NCBI RefSeq assembly: GCF_901765095.1
Contig: NC_044037.1
Coordinates: 104,423,279 to 104,487,278, forward strand
Direction of reading: 5' to 3'
DNA length: 64,000 nucleotides
Origin: Microcaecilia unicolor
Lineage: Eukaryota
The notes beneath the pieces are model-generated. The model had not been told where the DNA came from, searched no databases, and worked only from the letters and a program-made list of their open reading frames with translations. This document shows, piece by piece, positions 1 through 12,780 of the stretch; position 1 is the first letter of the stretch, and the number at the start of each line of letters is the position of its first letter. The translations under genes and the position numbers were made by a program.

Positions 1-1444
1 TTCTACTGCGGCCCACCTCTTTAACATAACTTCCTGTTTCCTTGGATGCAGGCTGAATTGGGAATTACTGCCACTGCCACCTTTTAGAAAACAAGAAAAG
101 AACTTTGGGGAAGGAAGGGTGGGGAGAGATGATGCCTGAGCAGAGTGGCACCTGAAGCTCCCGCCTCAGTTGGCCTAATGGTAGGGCCACCACTGTATAG
201 TTATAACCAAGACTCCAAGTATTGTCGAAAGTATTCAACTTACCAGTCATGATATGTTCCCCTCCCCTCTAAGCTGCACAGCACTCTCACTCGCACATGG
301 GACAATAATCTGTAACACTGGAGTTGCCGAAGCTTCACCTTTTTGCCATTTGCAAGACAGACCATAGAAGTCTGTCCAGCAATGGCCTCAGTTCCCACTA
401 CTCTTGCCCAATGTAAGAGCCACATTGTGTTTACATGCTCTTTCTATTTAGGCATCCCCTGTGTATTTCCCATGCATTTTTTAATTTGCTCATCTTCTGG
501 CTGGCTTTTATTTATTCAGGGCCCAGGGCAACTGTCCCTTTGCCCATAAGTAAAAGTGGCTCTGCTCCTCTCCCACTCCTGTCCTCAGTCTCCCTCTTTT
601 CATCTATCACCTACTTACTAGCTCTCCATTTCAACACTTACCCCCCTAGTCCCATTCTTACTTGTCTCATTTCTTTGCCAGTGTTCTAATCCCTTTCTCT
701 TTCATTTACTTTCTAGTACCCCATTTCTACCCTCTACATTCATCCCATCCTCACTCCCATCGACCTCTGCCTTATATCCCCTCACCAGCCCCACCCAGGG
801 GCATAGCCAGACACCTAATTTTGGGTGGGCCTGGGCCCAAGATGGGTGGGCAGAACTCCACCTTGTCTCAAAAGTGATTTGGTCTCTCCCGCTCTCGCCT
901 GCATGCCATATGGTCTCTCAAAACATCCCCCTCCCCCGCATACCTTTTAAATTGCAGAGTTTCACCAGCAGCAAGCAGCAACTAATACACACTGCTCATG
1001 TTGACCCCACAGCCTTCCCTATGATGCAACTTGTTGTTTCCGCATAGGTGGGAATACATCAGAGGAAAGGCCATGGGGCCATTGCAAACAGTATGTATCA
1101 GTCGCTGCTCGCTGCAGACGAAGACCTGCTATTTACAAGGTATGCAAGAGGGACAGTTGTTGCGAGTTTTTGGCTGATGGGGCTTGTGGATTCCTGTCAG
1201 CCACATTATAGGTGTGCTGCTACGGGGTGGGCCTGAGCCCACCCAGGCCCACCCTTGGCTACGCCACTGGCCCCGCCTACTTCCCTGTCATTTTCCCCTA
1301 TCCACTTCTAGTCCCTTAAATTGTTTTATCTCCTTATCCAGGCTCCCAGTTCCCATTTTACCTCCCCCAGTTCTACTCTTTCTCCCCTTCAAAGACCTGT
1401 CCTCTGCCTTTGTCTTTCACTCTCCTCTTAGCCCTCTACCATTA

Positions 1445-2632
1445 AGAACAAAATATCAGAGCACATTCTAAAGCATGAACTAATGAGACAAAGTCAGCAT
1501 GGATTTAGTGAAGGGAAGTCTTGCCTTACCAATCTACTTTCTTTGAAGGGGTAAACAAACATGTCGACAAAGGTGAGCCGGTGGATATTGTGTATCTGGA
1601 TTTTCAGAAAGCATTTGACAAAGTCCCTCATGAAAGGCTCCAGAGTAAATTAGAGAGTCATGGGATCGGAGGTAGTGTATTGTTATGGATTAAAAACTGG
1701 TTGAAAGATAGGAAACAGAGAGTAGGGTTAAATGGTCACTATTCACAATGGAGAAGGGTAGTTAGTGGGGTCCCTCAGGGATTTGTGCTGGGACCGTTGC
1801 TATTTAACATTTTCATAAACTAGCGAGGTTACCAGATTTGCTGACGACACAAAGTTGTTTAAGGTCGTCAAATCGCGGGAAGATTGTGAAAAGTTGCAGG
1901 AAGATATTGCGAGACAAGGAGTCTGGGCGTCTAAATGGCAGATGACGTTCAATGTGAGCAAGTGCAAAGTGATGCATGTGGGAAAGAGGAACCCAAACTA
2001 TAGCTACGTCATGCAAGGTTCAGCGTTAGGAGTCACGGAACGAGAAAGGGACCTGAGAGTCATCTTCTGCTCAGTGTGCTGCTGCGACTAAGAAAGCAAA
2101 TAGAAGGTTAGGTATTATTAGGAAAGGGATAGAAAACAAAAATGAAGATATTATGCCACTGTACCGGTCCATGGTGCGACTGCACCTAGAATATTGTGTT
2201 CAATTCTGGTTGCTGCACCTCAAAAAATACATAGTGGAATTAGAAAAGGTGCAGAGAAGGGCAACGAAAATGATAAAGGGGATGGGACAACTTTCCTATG
2301 AGGAAAGGCTAAAGCAGCTGGGGCTCTTCAGCTTGGAGAAAGGCGGCTGAGGGGTGATATGATAGAGGTATATAAAATAATGAGTGGAGTGGAGTGGAAA
2401 AGATAGATATGGAGCGTCTGTTTACGCTTTCCAAAAATACTAGGACAAGGGGGCATGCGAAGAAGCTGGAATGCAGTAAGTTTAAAACAAATAAGAGAAA
2501 ATATTTCTTTACTTAGCGCGTAATTCGACTCTGGAATTCGTTGCCGGACAATGTGGTTGGGGCGGTTAGCTTGGCAGAGTTGAAGAAGGGTTTGGACGGC
2601 TTCCTGAAGGAAAAGGCCATAGAATGTTATTA
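1445..2632 (+). mobile_element. CR1-like LINE, 5'-truncated degenerate copy (ORF2 RT region with stops and frameshifts)
   Basis: Plus ORFs 1521..1823, 1855..2091 and 2153..2350 encode [60 protein letters not shown] and PLYRSMVRLHLEYCVQFW..ERLKQLGLFSLEKG. They are homologous piece by piece to the intact copy at 2633-4063. Confidence 0.85.
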
Positions 2633-4330
2633 AATGGACGTAGGGAAAAATCCACTATTCCTGGGCCAAGCAGTACAAAATGCTTTGCTCTGTGGATCTG
2701 TGTAATACCGGAAGATTGGAGGGTAGCCAATGTTACTCCGATTTTTAAGAAAGGTTCCAGAGGAGATCCGGGAAATTATAGACCGGTGAGTCTGACGTCG
2801 GTGCCGGGCAAGATGGTGGAGGCTATTATTAAGAATAAAATTGCAGAGCATATACAAAAACATGGACTGATGAGACAAAGTCAGCACGGATTTAGTGAAG
2901 GGAAGTCTTGCCTCACCAATCTAATGCATTTTTTTGAGGGGGTAAGCAAACATGTGGACAATGGGGAGCCGGTTGATATTGTATATCTGGATTTTCAGAA
3001 GGCGTTTGACAAAGTGCCGCACGAAAGACTCCTGAAGAAATTGCAGAGTCATGGAATCGGAGGTAGGGTATTATTATGGATTAAGAACTGGTTGAAAGAT
3101 AGGAAGCAGAGAGTAGGATTGCGTGGCCAGTATTCTCAGTGGAGGAGGGTAGTTAGTGGGGTCCCGCAGGGGTCTGTGCTGGGTCCGTTGCTTTTTAATG
3201 TATTTATAAATGACCTAGAGATGGGAATAACTAGTGAGGTAATTAAATTCGCCGATGACACAAAATTATTCAGGGTCGTCAAGTCGCAGGAGGAATGTGA
3301 ACGATTACAGGAGGACCTTGCGAGACTGGGAGAATGGGCGTGCAAGTGGCAGATGAAGTTCAATGTTGACAAGTGCAAAGTGATGCATGTGGGTAAGAGG
3401 AACCCGAATTATAGCTACGTCTTGCAAGGTTCCGCGTTAGGAGTTACGGATCAAGAAAGGGATCTGGGTGTCGTCGTCGATGATACGCTGAAACCTTCTG
3501 CTCAGTGTGCTGCTGCGGCTAGGAAAGCGAATAGAATGTTGGGTGTTATTAGGAAGGGTATGGAGTCCAGGTGTGCGGATGTTATAATGCCGTTGTATCG
3601 CTCCATGGTGCGACCGCACCTGGAGTATTGTGTTCAGTACTGGTCTCCGTATCTCAAAAAAGATATAGTAGAATTGGAAAAGGTACAGCGAAGGGCGACG
3701 AAAATGATAGTGGGGATGGGACGACTTTCCTATGAAGAGAGGCTGAGAAGGCTAGGGCTTTTCAGCTTGGAGAAGAGACGGCTGAGGGGAGATATGATAG
3801 AAGTGTATAAAATAATGAGTGGAATGGATCGGGTGGATGTGAAGCGACTGTTCACGCTATCCAAAAATACTAGGACTAGAGGGCATGAGTTGAAGCTACA
3901 GTGTGGTAAATTTAAAACGAATCGGAGAAAATTTTTCTTCACCCAACGTGTAATTAGACTCTGGAATTCATTGCCGGAGAACGTGGTACGGGCGGTTAGC
4001 TTGACGGAGTTTAAAAAGGGGTTAGATAGATTCCTAAAGGACAAGTCCATAGACCGCTATTAAATGGACTGGAAAAATTCCTCATTTTTAGGTATAACTT
4101 GTCTGGAATGTTTTTACGTTTGGGGAGCGTGCCAGGTGCCCTTGACCTGGATTGGCCACTGTCGGTGACAGGATGCTGGGCTAGATGGACCTTTGGTCTT
4201 TCCCAGTATGGCACTACTTATGTAGTTATGTATGTACTTATATTGTGACCTTAGCCACTGTCGGAGAAAGGGTGCTGGGCTAGATGGACCTTTGGTCTGT
4301 CCCAGTGTGGCGATGCTTATGTCTCTGCCT
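2633..4330 (+). mobile_element. CR1-like LINE, 5'-truncated copy with intact 479-aa ORF2 C-terminal portion (RT domain) plus its 3' UTR tail
   Basis: ORF 2624..4063 carries RT motifs: [82 protein letters not shown] and FTQRVIRLWNSLPENVV. The 3' tail (GCCAGGTGCCCTTGACCTGGATTGGCCACTGTCGGTGACAGGATGCTGGGCTAGATGGACCTTTGGTC) occurs twice in tandem at 4130-4210 and 4240-4320. Confidence 0.9.
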
Positions 4331-7300
4331 TTCTCCCTTCTCCAACATCCGTTATCCCTGTCTCTTTCCAGTCCCCAGCATCCATTCCCCCACCTCTTCC
4401 CCCACATATGTCCCCATTTTCCTCCACATATGCTTTTGTTTCTCCCCCAACAAAGTATATGTCCTCTTTTCTCCTTCTTTCTCTTAGAACATCTGCCCCT
4501 TTCTCCCACCATCATCTGCCATCTCAGCCCCATTCTCCCAGCTTCAACAGCAGACTTATCTTCACTCTAACTCCCCTTCTCCTACCTGTTCCCTTGTCAG
4601 CTCCCTGCCCATGCATCAGACCCTTCTCTCAACATGATGCGCCCTTCTCCTACCCCAGTGCTTGTCAGCATCTCCCCTCTGTCTCTTTATTCTCCCTTTT
4701 ACATGTCCATCTCATCTCTCTCTTCCCTACCCCCTCTCTCAATGTGGTTCAGTATTTCCTCTGAGACCGCCTTCCTTTGCTCCTGTTGTCACAGTCTGTC
4801 ACAGCCCACAGCATCAGCAGCAGTAAACAAACAACTTTGCACCTGCTGCAAAGCCTAATTAGGTCACTACTGTTCCCTGCACCCTCCAATTCATACTTCC
4901 TGTTTCTGAAGGAGTGGGAGTTGGCATAGGTTAAAAGGCTCCACAGCAGGTGTTTTGAATTTGTTTTACTGCGGTAGCTGCTGCAGCCCAGCAACAGAAG
5001 CAATGTGTGTGCGTGTGCATGTATGTTATATACAATGGTGACAAGCGTTCAGGTATAAGACCCTGTATGATATGTTGGTAACTAGGGCAGTGGAAAATAA
5101 AATGACTTGTTCAGGGGTACATAGAGGGGCATTTTTGATGATGTCTTAAGTCCAATTTTGGACGTTTTGCTAAAAACATCCAAAATTCAAGTGGGGAATA
5201 TAGCCATTTTCAAAACAGAAAAACGTCTATCTTTATTTTTTTTAATAACTATTTGCTAGATGTTTTTGTGGACTGTGTGTTATTCTTCTTGGTCATTTTT
5301 GAAAAATACACAAAAACAAACCATTGGTATGTAGGAGGAGCCAGCATTTTTAGTAAACTGGCCACACACACAGCTCAGGAGAGCAGTGGGGCACCCTAGG
5401 GGACAGTGCAGTGGACTTCAAATAAATGCTCGCAGGTACACATTTCACCATTGCTCCCTTATCTTGTCTGTTGAGCCCACCCAAAACCCACTACCCCCAA
5501 CTGTACACTACTACAATAGCCCTTAGGGGTGAAGGGGGCACCTATATGTAGGTGCAGTGGATTGCTGGTGAGTGTTGGAGGGCTCACAGTTTCCACTATG
5601 AGTGTAACAGATAGGGGGAGGTATGGGCCTGGGTTGACCTGTTGCACCCAACACTAGACTACTCCAGGGACCTGTATGCTGCTGTAATGAACCCGAGTAT
5701 AACATCTGAGGCTAGCAGAGGCTGGTAATGTTTTTAATCACATTTTGGAGGGTGGGAGGGAATCAGTGACCACTAGGGGAGAAGGGGAGGTCATCCCTGA
5801 TTCCCTTCTATGGTCATCTGGTCATTTAGAGCTCTACTTTGTGGCTTATTCATGAATAAGACAGGTGTAGACCAAAATGTGCAATTTATAGCCCTGGAAG
5901 TTTTTGTTTTGTTCCATTATGGCTGAAAAACGTCAAAGTGTTAGGAATACCCAGCTCAAATCTCTTACACGCCCCCCCCCCCCCCCCTCCCCGGTGACTT
6001 GAACACACTTTCGACAGACTTCATAGAAAAAAGTCTAAAATTGGTTTCAAAAATACCAATTTCGACATTTTGGTGAGAAAAACACCCAAGTGCAGATTTG
6101 TGCCACTTTTTGAACATTTTACTCTTTTGAAAATGAGCCCCATAGCGTGTTAATTTTTTAGGAATGACTTGAATATTGATTTGCAGCTCATTGCTATATA
6201 TCTATTCCTTTGCATTTTAATAGGCTGTCACCTAGGGTTGCAGCTTCCAGGGGTCCAGCAAAGAGCAGCAGTGGTCAAAGCAAAATAATAGAGCCGCAAA
6301 GAACCATCAGCCCGTACTTTTATAAATTTCATATTTAACATTATGCTGGTTAATATTCAGCTGGCAGCGGTCAGTGTTTTTTTAAATGCTTACCACCGCG
6401 GGCAGAATTAAGCCCTGCTGGATCCTGTGCGGGTCCCAGCCAATATTCAGTTGGGAGCCGCATAAGACACTTAGCTGAATATCAGTCATACCTGCATATG
6501 GGAATCAGGTGCCCTCCCCCCTCCCCCCAATCTCCCTGGACAATTAAAGCCCCTGATCAAGAACCCAATTCCTTCACCCTCATAGGCCCCCATGCCTACC
6601 TTGGATAGCTCTGGACTGGTCTGAAGGGTCTAAACGAAAGTAGATTAGCAGGTAGGATCTAATTTATCCTTTCTTAGCATCACTCCAAACTGATGGGAGT
6701 ACCAGCGCAGTAAACTTCAAGCATGGGCCCCTGCGAACCCCGTAAACAAGACACACAGACCAAAGGCCATATCCTAAATAGTTTGAACATATACTAGATC
6801 TTGTCTCACTAAGGAATGCAAAGAGGACCAAATGGCAGACTTACAAATCTCCTACAAAGGCACTGAAGAGCTGTCTGCCCACAAGGTCAACTGTTCTCTG
6901 CTGGAATGGGCTTCAGGGCCTTTGGCAGCAACTCTTCTTTGAGAATATATGGTGGCACAATTGCTTCCTTTATCCACTTTGGACACAGCCTCACCTTGCT
7001 TCAAGCCACCAAATAAAATGAATAAAACACTCTGAGCAACAAAACTCTTCCAACCTGTGTATAAACCCACATGGTGCCCCTCTGATTTCCAGTCAATGCA
7101 CCTATTGCTGCTCCTCAATTCCATTGGCCTCCCCCAATGCAGGCAATGCAATAGCTTGGTTAACATGAAAGTCTGCCACTACCTTAGGTGGCAGTATGAG
7201 CACTACTTCTTCCTTGAAAAACAACAGATAGGGTTTGCTGCACCATGACTAGGCCTGTAACTCAGAAATTCTCCTGGCTGATTAAATAGCTACCAGAAAC

Positions 7301-7639
7301 AAACAGTCTTCAGGGTGAGATCCTTTACTCTTGGTCAAGGTCTTAAAGAGAGACCTCACTAAAGCCAAAAGGATGAGATTTAAATCCCAAAACCAAATGT
7401 GGCAAAATAAGCTTAACTCCTCTAAGAAACCTAGCACATCCGGATGTGAAACCACCTTCCCTCACTCCAGACCCCTGATGCACACAAGTACTACCACTTA
7501 GACTTTCAAGTTTATTTAGAATTTACTATCTAACACAAAATAGTATGTACCATCTGAGCAGCTTACAATCTAAAAGCAAAGAGAAACAAGTCAGTTGAAC
7601 AGGACTACCCACAATTGGGGGAAAAGGGGCAGAAATACA

Positions 7640-8625
7640 ATTGGTGATAGGATGGGTGGGGTTCACAGAAGGCTAGCCTATCCATGCTTCTGGGCACCAC
7701 AACTGGTTCCACCGAGCCCTCAGTGAATAAAGAGAAGTGAGAAATATGCACGGTCCATCCAGTCTGCCAAACAAGATAAACTCATATGTGCTAGTTTTTG
7801 TGTATACCTTACCTTGATTTGTACTTGTCTTTTTCATGGCACAGACCATATAAGTCCGCCCAGTACTATCCCCGCCTCCCACCACCGGCTCTGGCACAGA
7901 CAATATATGTCTGCCCAGCACTATCCCTGCCTCCCACCCACCAGCCCCGGCACAGACCGTATAAGTCTGCCCAGCACTAGCCCCGCCTCCCAACCACCGG
8001 CTCTGCCACCCATTCTAGGCTAAGCTCCTGAGCATCCCTTCCTTCTGAACAAGATTCCTTTATGTTTATCCCACGCATGTTTGAATTCCATTACCGTTTT
8101 CATCTCCACCACCTCCCGCGGGAGGGCATTCCAAGCATCCACCACCCTCTCCGTCAGTCGGTATATCTTCATAAGACTGGTTTGAATTTGTTCCTGAGAG
8201 AGGTGAATGCCCAAGTCTGTATTCCATTGCTGAGTCACCCTCTCATAGTCATACTGCTTTGTAGAGTCTCTGAGGTGCGAGTGAAAAAACTTCAAAGGGA
8301 TATGTGATTGCGCATCAAGCCCAAGCATGGAGTTATAGCATTCCCAAGTTTCTGTTGCCAGAGAGCGAACATAATGTCTTAGCTGTATATAGGCAAAGAT
8401 ATCTTGTTTGTCCAATTTATACTTCCTACAAAGGTCAGAAAAGGCTTTTATTTTACCCTGCTCTGATACCACGATACAAATATTGTATTCCCTGAGATGC
8501 CCATCTCTGAAAGACCTTCGAAGTGCTGCCCACTGGGAAGGAGGGGGTTCCCTCTTATGGGTAATAAGGGAGAAACTGAATTGCTCAGAGAAAATATTTG
8601 ACATAACCATCTCCACATCTGGCAC
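7640..8625 (-). mobile_element. LINE family 2 (CR1/L2-like) 3' end: ORF2 C-terminus plus characteristic 3' tail
   Basis: Minus ORF 8020..8625 ends ..ERVVDAWNALPREVVEMKTVMEFKHAWDKHKGILFRRKGCSGA. The tail at 7640-8020 is the reverse complement of the tail at 55540-55900 (GGGCAGACTTATACGGTCTGTGCC repeats, CTGGATGGACCGTGCA). Confidence 0.85.
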
Positions 8626-9435
8626 AGGGGACGGAAAATGTGAGAAACTGGACCCAAGTTTGCTGCCTGGCCCGCCGGAGCTTGAAGCCAGTAAGCAAAG
8701 TATTGGGATTCAAACCAGTGGGTCTCTGAGGGGGTGTTAGAGAAATATTGGGAGTTATGAAACCAGTCCGAGAGATGGTGCATACAGCCAGCCACTGAAA
8801 AGAGGCGGAGATCCAACAGTCCCAAGCCCCCTTTGTTTTATGGTAGCGATGCCCTCGAGATGGATAGGCAGGCCCGCTTCCCTTGCCAAAGAAATTTGTT
8901 CAGCTATGTAGCCATCTCTCGTCTTTATAGTGTAAAAACAGGGGTATTGGTGGCATTGCAAAACAAAAATATATCAGTGTTGTAGAGCACAATTTTCTCT
9001 TTCAGATGATACTGTTCACAAGCTGATTCAGGCAGACTCTTTTTTAATAATTGAGTTTGAACTTTGGTATATTTTACCATTTGCGCTGACAGTGCCAACT
9101 TTGAAGAGATCCTGCAGGGCGGTTATAGATGCTGGTTAGTTGCAAATCTGGCAGTATTATGTCCAGCACAAGCTTGTTCAAAATTTCAAGTCCGTATCTT
9201 TGTTTGCATGGAAGTTGTTGCAGTCTGAATATTGGTCCAAATATGTTCCGATGAGTCACGACCAATTTTGATGCACACTTTGAGTCAACTTGTTTGACTG
9301 GATTTTGCATCCATAATGTTAAAATATATTTCATCGGAATTAGCATCAAAAACTGTACAGGATTTGAATTTTTTAGCCATTCTTATAAACGTGTTTGGAT
9401 TTTATTAGACCCCAAAAATGGCATTTTGGTAAATG

Positions 9436-9960
9436 TCACGCGTTCATGGACTGACAACCTTTCAGAAAAGGGGGTCTACATCTGCAACTATTGCAGTTAG
9501 AGACCTCAAATTTTGGGAAACTTCGTTTAACACCTGACTCGTGCAACAGATAAAACTTGAACAAAATTGGAGAACATGATGGTGGGAACTTTAGACCACT
9601 TGGCATGGAATGACCCTTTACTACATTCTCTGGCAACAAATTCCAGAGTTTAATTACACATTGAGTGAAGAAACATTTTCTCCGATTCGTTTTAAATTCA
9701 GTACTTTGTAGCTTCATCGCGTGCCCCCTAGTCCTAGTATTTTTGGAAAGAGTAAACATGCAATTCACATCTACCCATTCTACTCCACTCATTATTTTGT
9801 AGACCTCTATCATATCTCCCCTCAGCCATCTTTTCTCCAAGCTGAAAAGCCCTAGCCACTTTAGCCTTTCCTCATAGGGAAGTCGTCCCATCCCCTTTAT
9901 CATTTTTGTCGCCCTTCTCTGTACCTTTTTCTAATTGAACTATAACTTTAAGATGCGGTG
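9436..9960 (-). mobile_element. CR1-like LINE 3' fragment
   Basis: Minus ORF 9436..9903 contains MIKGMGRLPYEERLKWLGLFSLEKRWLRGDMIEVYKIMSGVEWVD..FTLSKNTRTRGHAMKLQSTEFKTNRRKCFFTQCVIKLWNLLPENVV, which matches the CR1 ORF2 C-terminus at 3700-4000. Confidence 0.85.
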
Positions 9961-12229
9961 ACCAGAATTGAACACAATATTCAAGGTGTGATCACACCAC
10001 AGAGTGATACAAAGGCATTATAACATCCTCATTTTTATTTTACATTCCTTTCCTAATACTTAGCATTCTATTTGCTTTCTTAGCCACCGCCACACACTCA
10101 TACACATGTGTTGGTGTTCTTTTGAAATACAGGTGCCATTTTTTAGGTCAGCGTGGTCATTGTAAACTGCAACTCCATGATCTGCCAAGATGGAGTAAAA
10201 TTTATTTTATTTTGAAATTTTCAACTGTTTTTAATTAAATGGGCCCTGTTGGGATTTCTTACAAGATAAGTGATTTTGCAACAATGTAGCATTTAGAATG
10301 AAATGCATATTTGGTTTGATTTTCAAAGTCACAGTGTTCACAAGATGCATCACAGTACAAAAAATAATGGTGCAACCCCCCACCCTTCCAACCAGAACAG
10401 TAGTTGACTTCTTCTACCCCAAGGATTCCGAATCCACCCTGTTAAAATGTCCAGGGGTACAAAATATAACCCGCTCTGTATGCCCTAGTGGGGGAGAAGT
10501 ATACCATAGGAAGCACTGGTATGATTTTTTAATTGGTTTATGAATCAGTCAACAACATTCTTAGGATTCAGTCTAGGTCTCCTGTCTTCCACAGTCCTTC
10601 CTGCAATAGAAAATGTCTTCTCAGAAGATGTGCTGGTAGCAGAAATGCACAGGATCCCACATGAAAATTTTGCCAGTTGTGGCCAGCACTTTTCCTTGTT
10701 TTTCAAAAAGTTAAAATATCATCTATCACTCAAACATAAATAACTGTCCAATTCATTAACAGCCTTCAAAGTAGAGAATGACACTGGGTCAAGTTTGTCC
10801 CTGTACCCGTGGGCTCTATACCAGTCCCCGCCCCGTCCATGCAGGCTCTAGCCCCGTCGTCTCTGTCCCAGTGTCATTCTCTAGTCAAGAGGTCTCAGTC
10901 AGTCTGTCTTGGTCTGGAGGGACACTACTATTACTACTTATCACTTCTATACTGCTGCAAGCCATACGCAGCGCTGTACACCATACACAAAAAGACAGTC
11001 TCTGCTCAAAGAGCTCACAATCTAAATAAGACAGGTAAACAGACAGAACAATTAAGAGGTAAGGGAATTAAAGAGATGGGGTACAGGTAAGTTAGTAGAG
11101 ATTAGGAATCAAAAGGAAGGTGTGGGGTAAACAGACTTTCAAAAAGACAGGGAGGTGTAGCCTGCAAAGAGCAAAATGTAGAACTCTAGCCATCTTATGG
11201 GCAGCCTAGACTACACTACTATGTATATGTTGGTGATACAGCTCCATTTACCACTACAGCCCCCATAGCATGCTGTGCTCCAAGCTGCCCGACATCCTCT
11301 ACAGATCCAGAGTATTTGCCCATGTTCAGGCCTAGCAGTGCCTTTTTCACAGAGGTGCAGAAAGTAAAGTACTGCTGCAGATGCTTCCTGCAAATCCTCT
11401 TCCTCATCAACAACCAATCCCAATGCTCTTTTGTCTAGTGTTTTTTTTTTTTTTTTTTAAAGCTTTACTGCTGCTGGCAAGACAGATGAGAACACAAAAA
11501 GAAATCATACACACCAAGGTTCAATGGTGGAAGCTGGGCATCCAACCAACACCTCAACTGCCTCCCCTCCACCCACCCTACACAATCAAACTCTACCTCT
11601 ACAGTGCACCACAAAAACCCTTGGCCCAGAACAAGGGGACAATTTTACCTTAGGAGATCAAACAGGTAGAGAATACTATCAAGTTGAGTTATACAGCAGT
11701 AGTGATGTCACTGCAAAGCTGTGTTCTCTGTTTCCACTGTATGCTGGTAGGAAGGCATAAACTTATTCATCTGGACTGGTCTAGAAGGATGATTAGGAAA
11801 GACCTATTTAGTCCCATTGTAATTTTCATTTTCAACCCCTAAAGTCCCATCTCTTAAAGAGGTTTCACCAGCTGCCATCTCCTGTTGTACAACTGAAGCA
11901 AGAGACTCATCCTGATGTTTAACAGGAGAACCAAGCTACCAAGAACAAAGGAGAAAAGAATATAAAGATATAGCTTCCTTGCACTGCCCATCCCTCCCCT
12001 AAATCTGCTCAAAGAATTATCAACCAGATGCTTACCTCAGGATTACCACAATAAGAAACTTTATTTCCTTTTTTAAGGCATAGTACAGAAGACAGACCTA
12101 ACAGTTACTATAGTCACAGCAGCTCCTCCCCCTTCTCTAGAGATCCATTGGAAGTGTAGGGAGAGATGAAGGTCCCTGCTGCCCACCTGATCAAAGCAGC
12201 CCTGTTCCTTATTTATCCATTTATACCAG

Positions 12230-12780
12230 GAAGCTTCCCATCCTCCCCCTTTCCCCTCTGAGGGGCTGTCCAAGGCAGGGCCGCCGAGGGGGGGGGGGGG
12301 GGGGCTGGCAGGGGGGACAAAATTCCCCGGGCCCGGGCCTCCAAAGGGGGCCCGGCGCCGGGGGTCTCTCTCCTTCTCCTGCTCCCAGGCCACCGGCGCT
12401 GCAGTCCCTGGTCTCACCTGCTTCCCTCGGCTCTGTCGACAGCCCCCCTCCGTCTGCCACAGGGCCACCTGCATTCAAATCGGCAGCGCCTCACCTCCTT
12501 GTGTAAGCAGCAGATCACCTCCCTTCGGGCCTTCCCTCAATGTCCCGCTCTCGTCTGATTTAACTTCCTGTTTCCGCGAACGCGGGACACAGGGAGGGCC
12601 CAAAGGGAGGCGATCTGCTGCTTTCACACGGAGGTGAGGCGCTGCTGATTTGAATGCAGGGGGCTCGGTGGTGGACTGAGGGGGGCTGTCGACGGGGCTG
12701 GGGGTGGGCGGCCTTGCCCTGGATCAGTCTCTCGGTGGCCCTGGTCCAATGATCCTATCCAGCTGGGGGCACTATTGTCC
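12230..12780 (+). repeat. Family-B long palindromic element (poly-G/C terminus, GGGGACAAAATTCCCCGGGCCCGGGCCTCCAAAGGGGGCCCGGCGCC arms, central loop ..TGTCCCGCTCTCGTCTGATTTAACTTCCTGTTTCCGCGAACGCGGGACA..) just downstream of the MVP 3' UTR
   Basis: 12480-12560 and 12585-12665 are reverse complements (cagcgcctcacctcc..gatcacctcccttcgggccttccctc / gagggagggcccaaagggaggcgatc..ggaggtgaggcgctg). Outer arms 12290-12420 mirror 12660-12780. Confidence 0.8.

Noticed and set aside
8020-8625. 201-aa ORF (minus) with N-terminal part ..FAYIQLRHYVRSLATETWECYNSMLGLDAQSH.. considered as a host gene
   Set aside because: Its C-terminal half is a clear LINE ORF2 C-terminus (VDAWNALPREVVEMKTVMEFKHAWDKHKG) followed by the family-2 LINE tail. 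The upstream part is most likely read-through of a degraded LINE or chimeric sequence, so it is treated as a mobile-element fragment.
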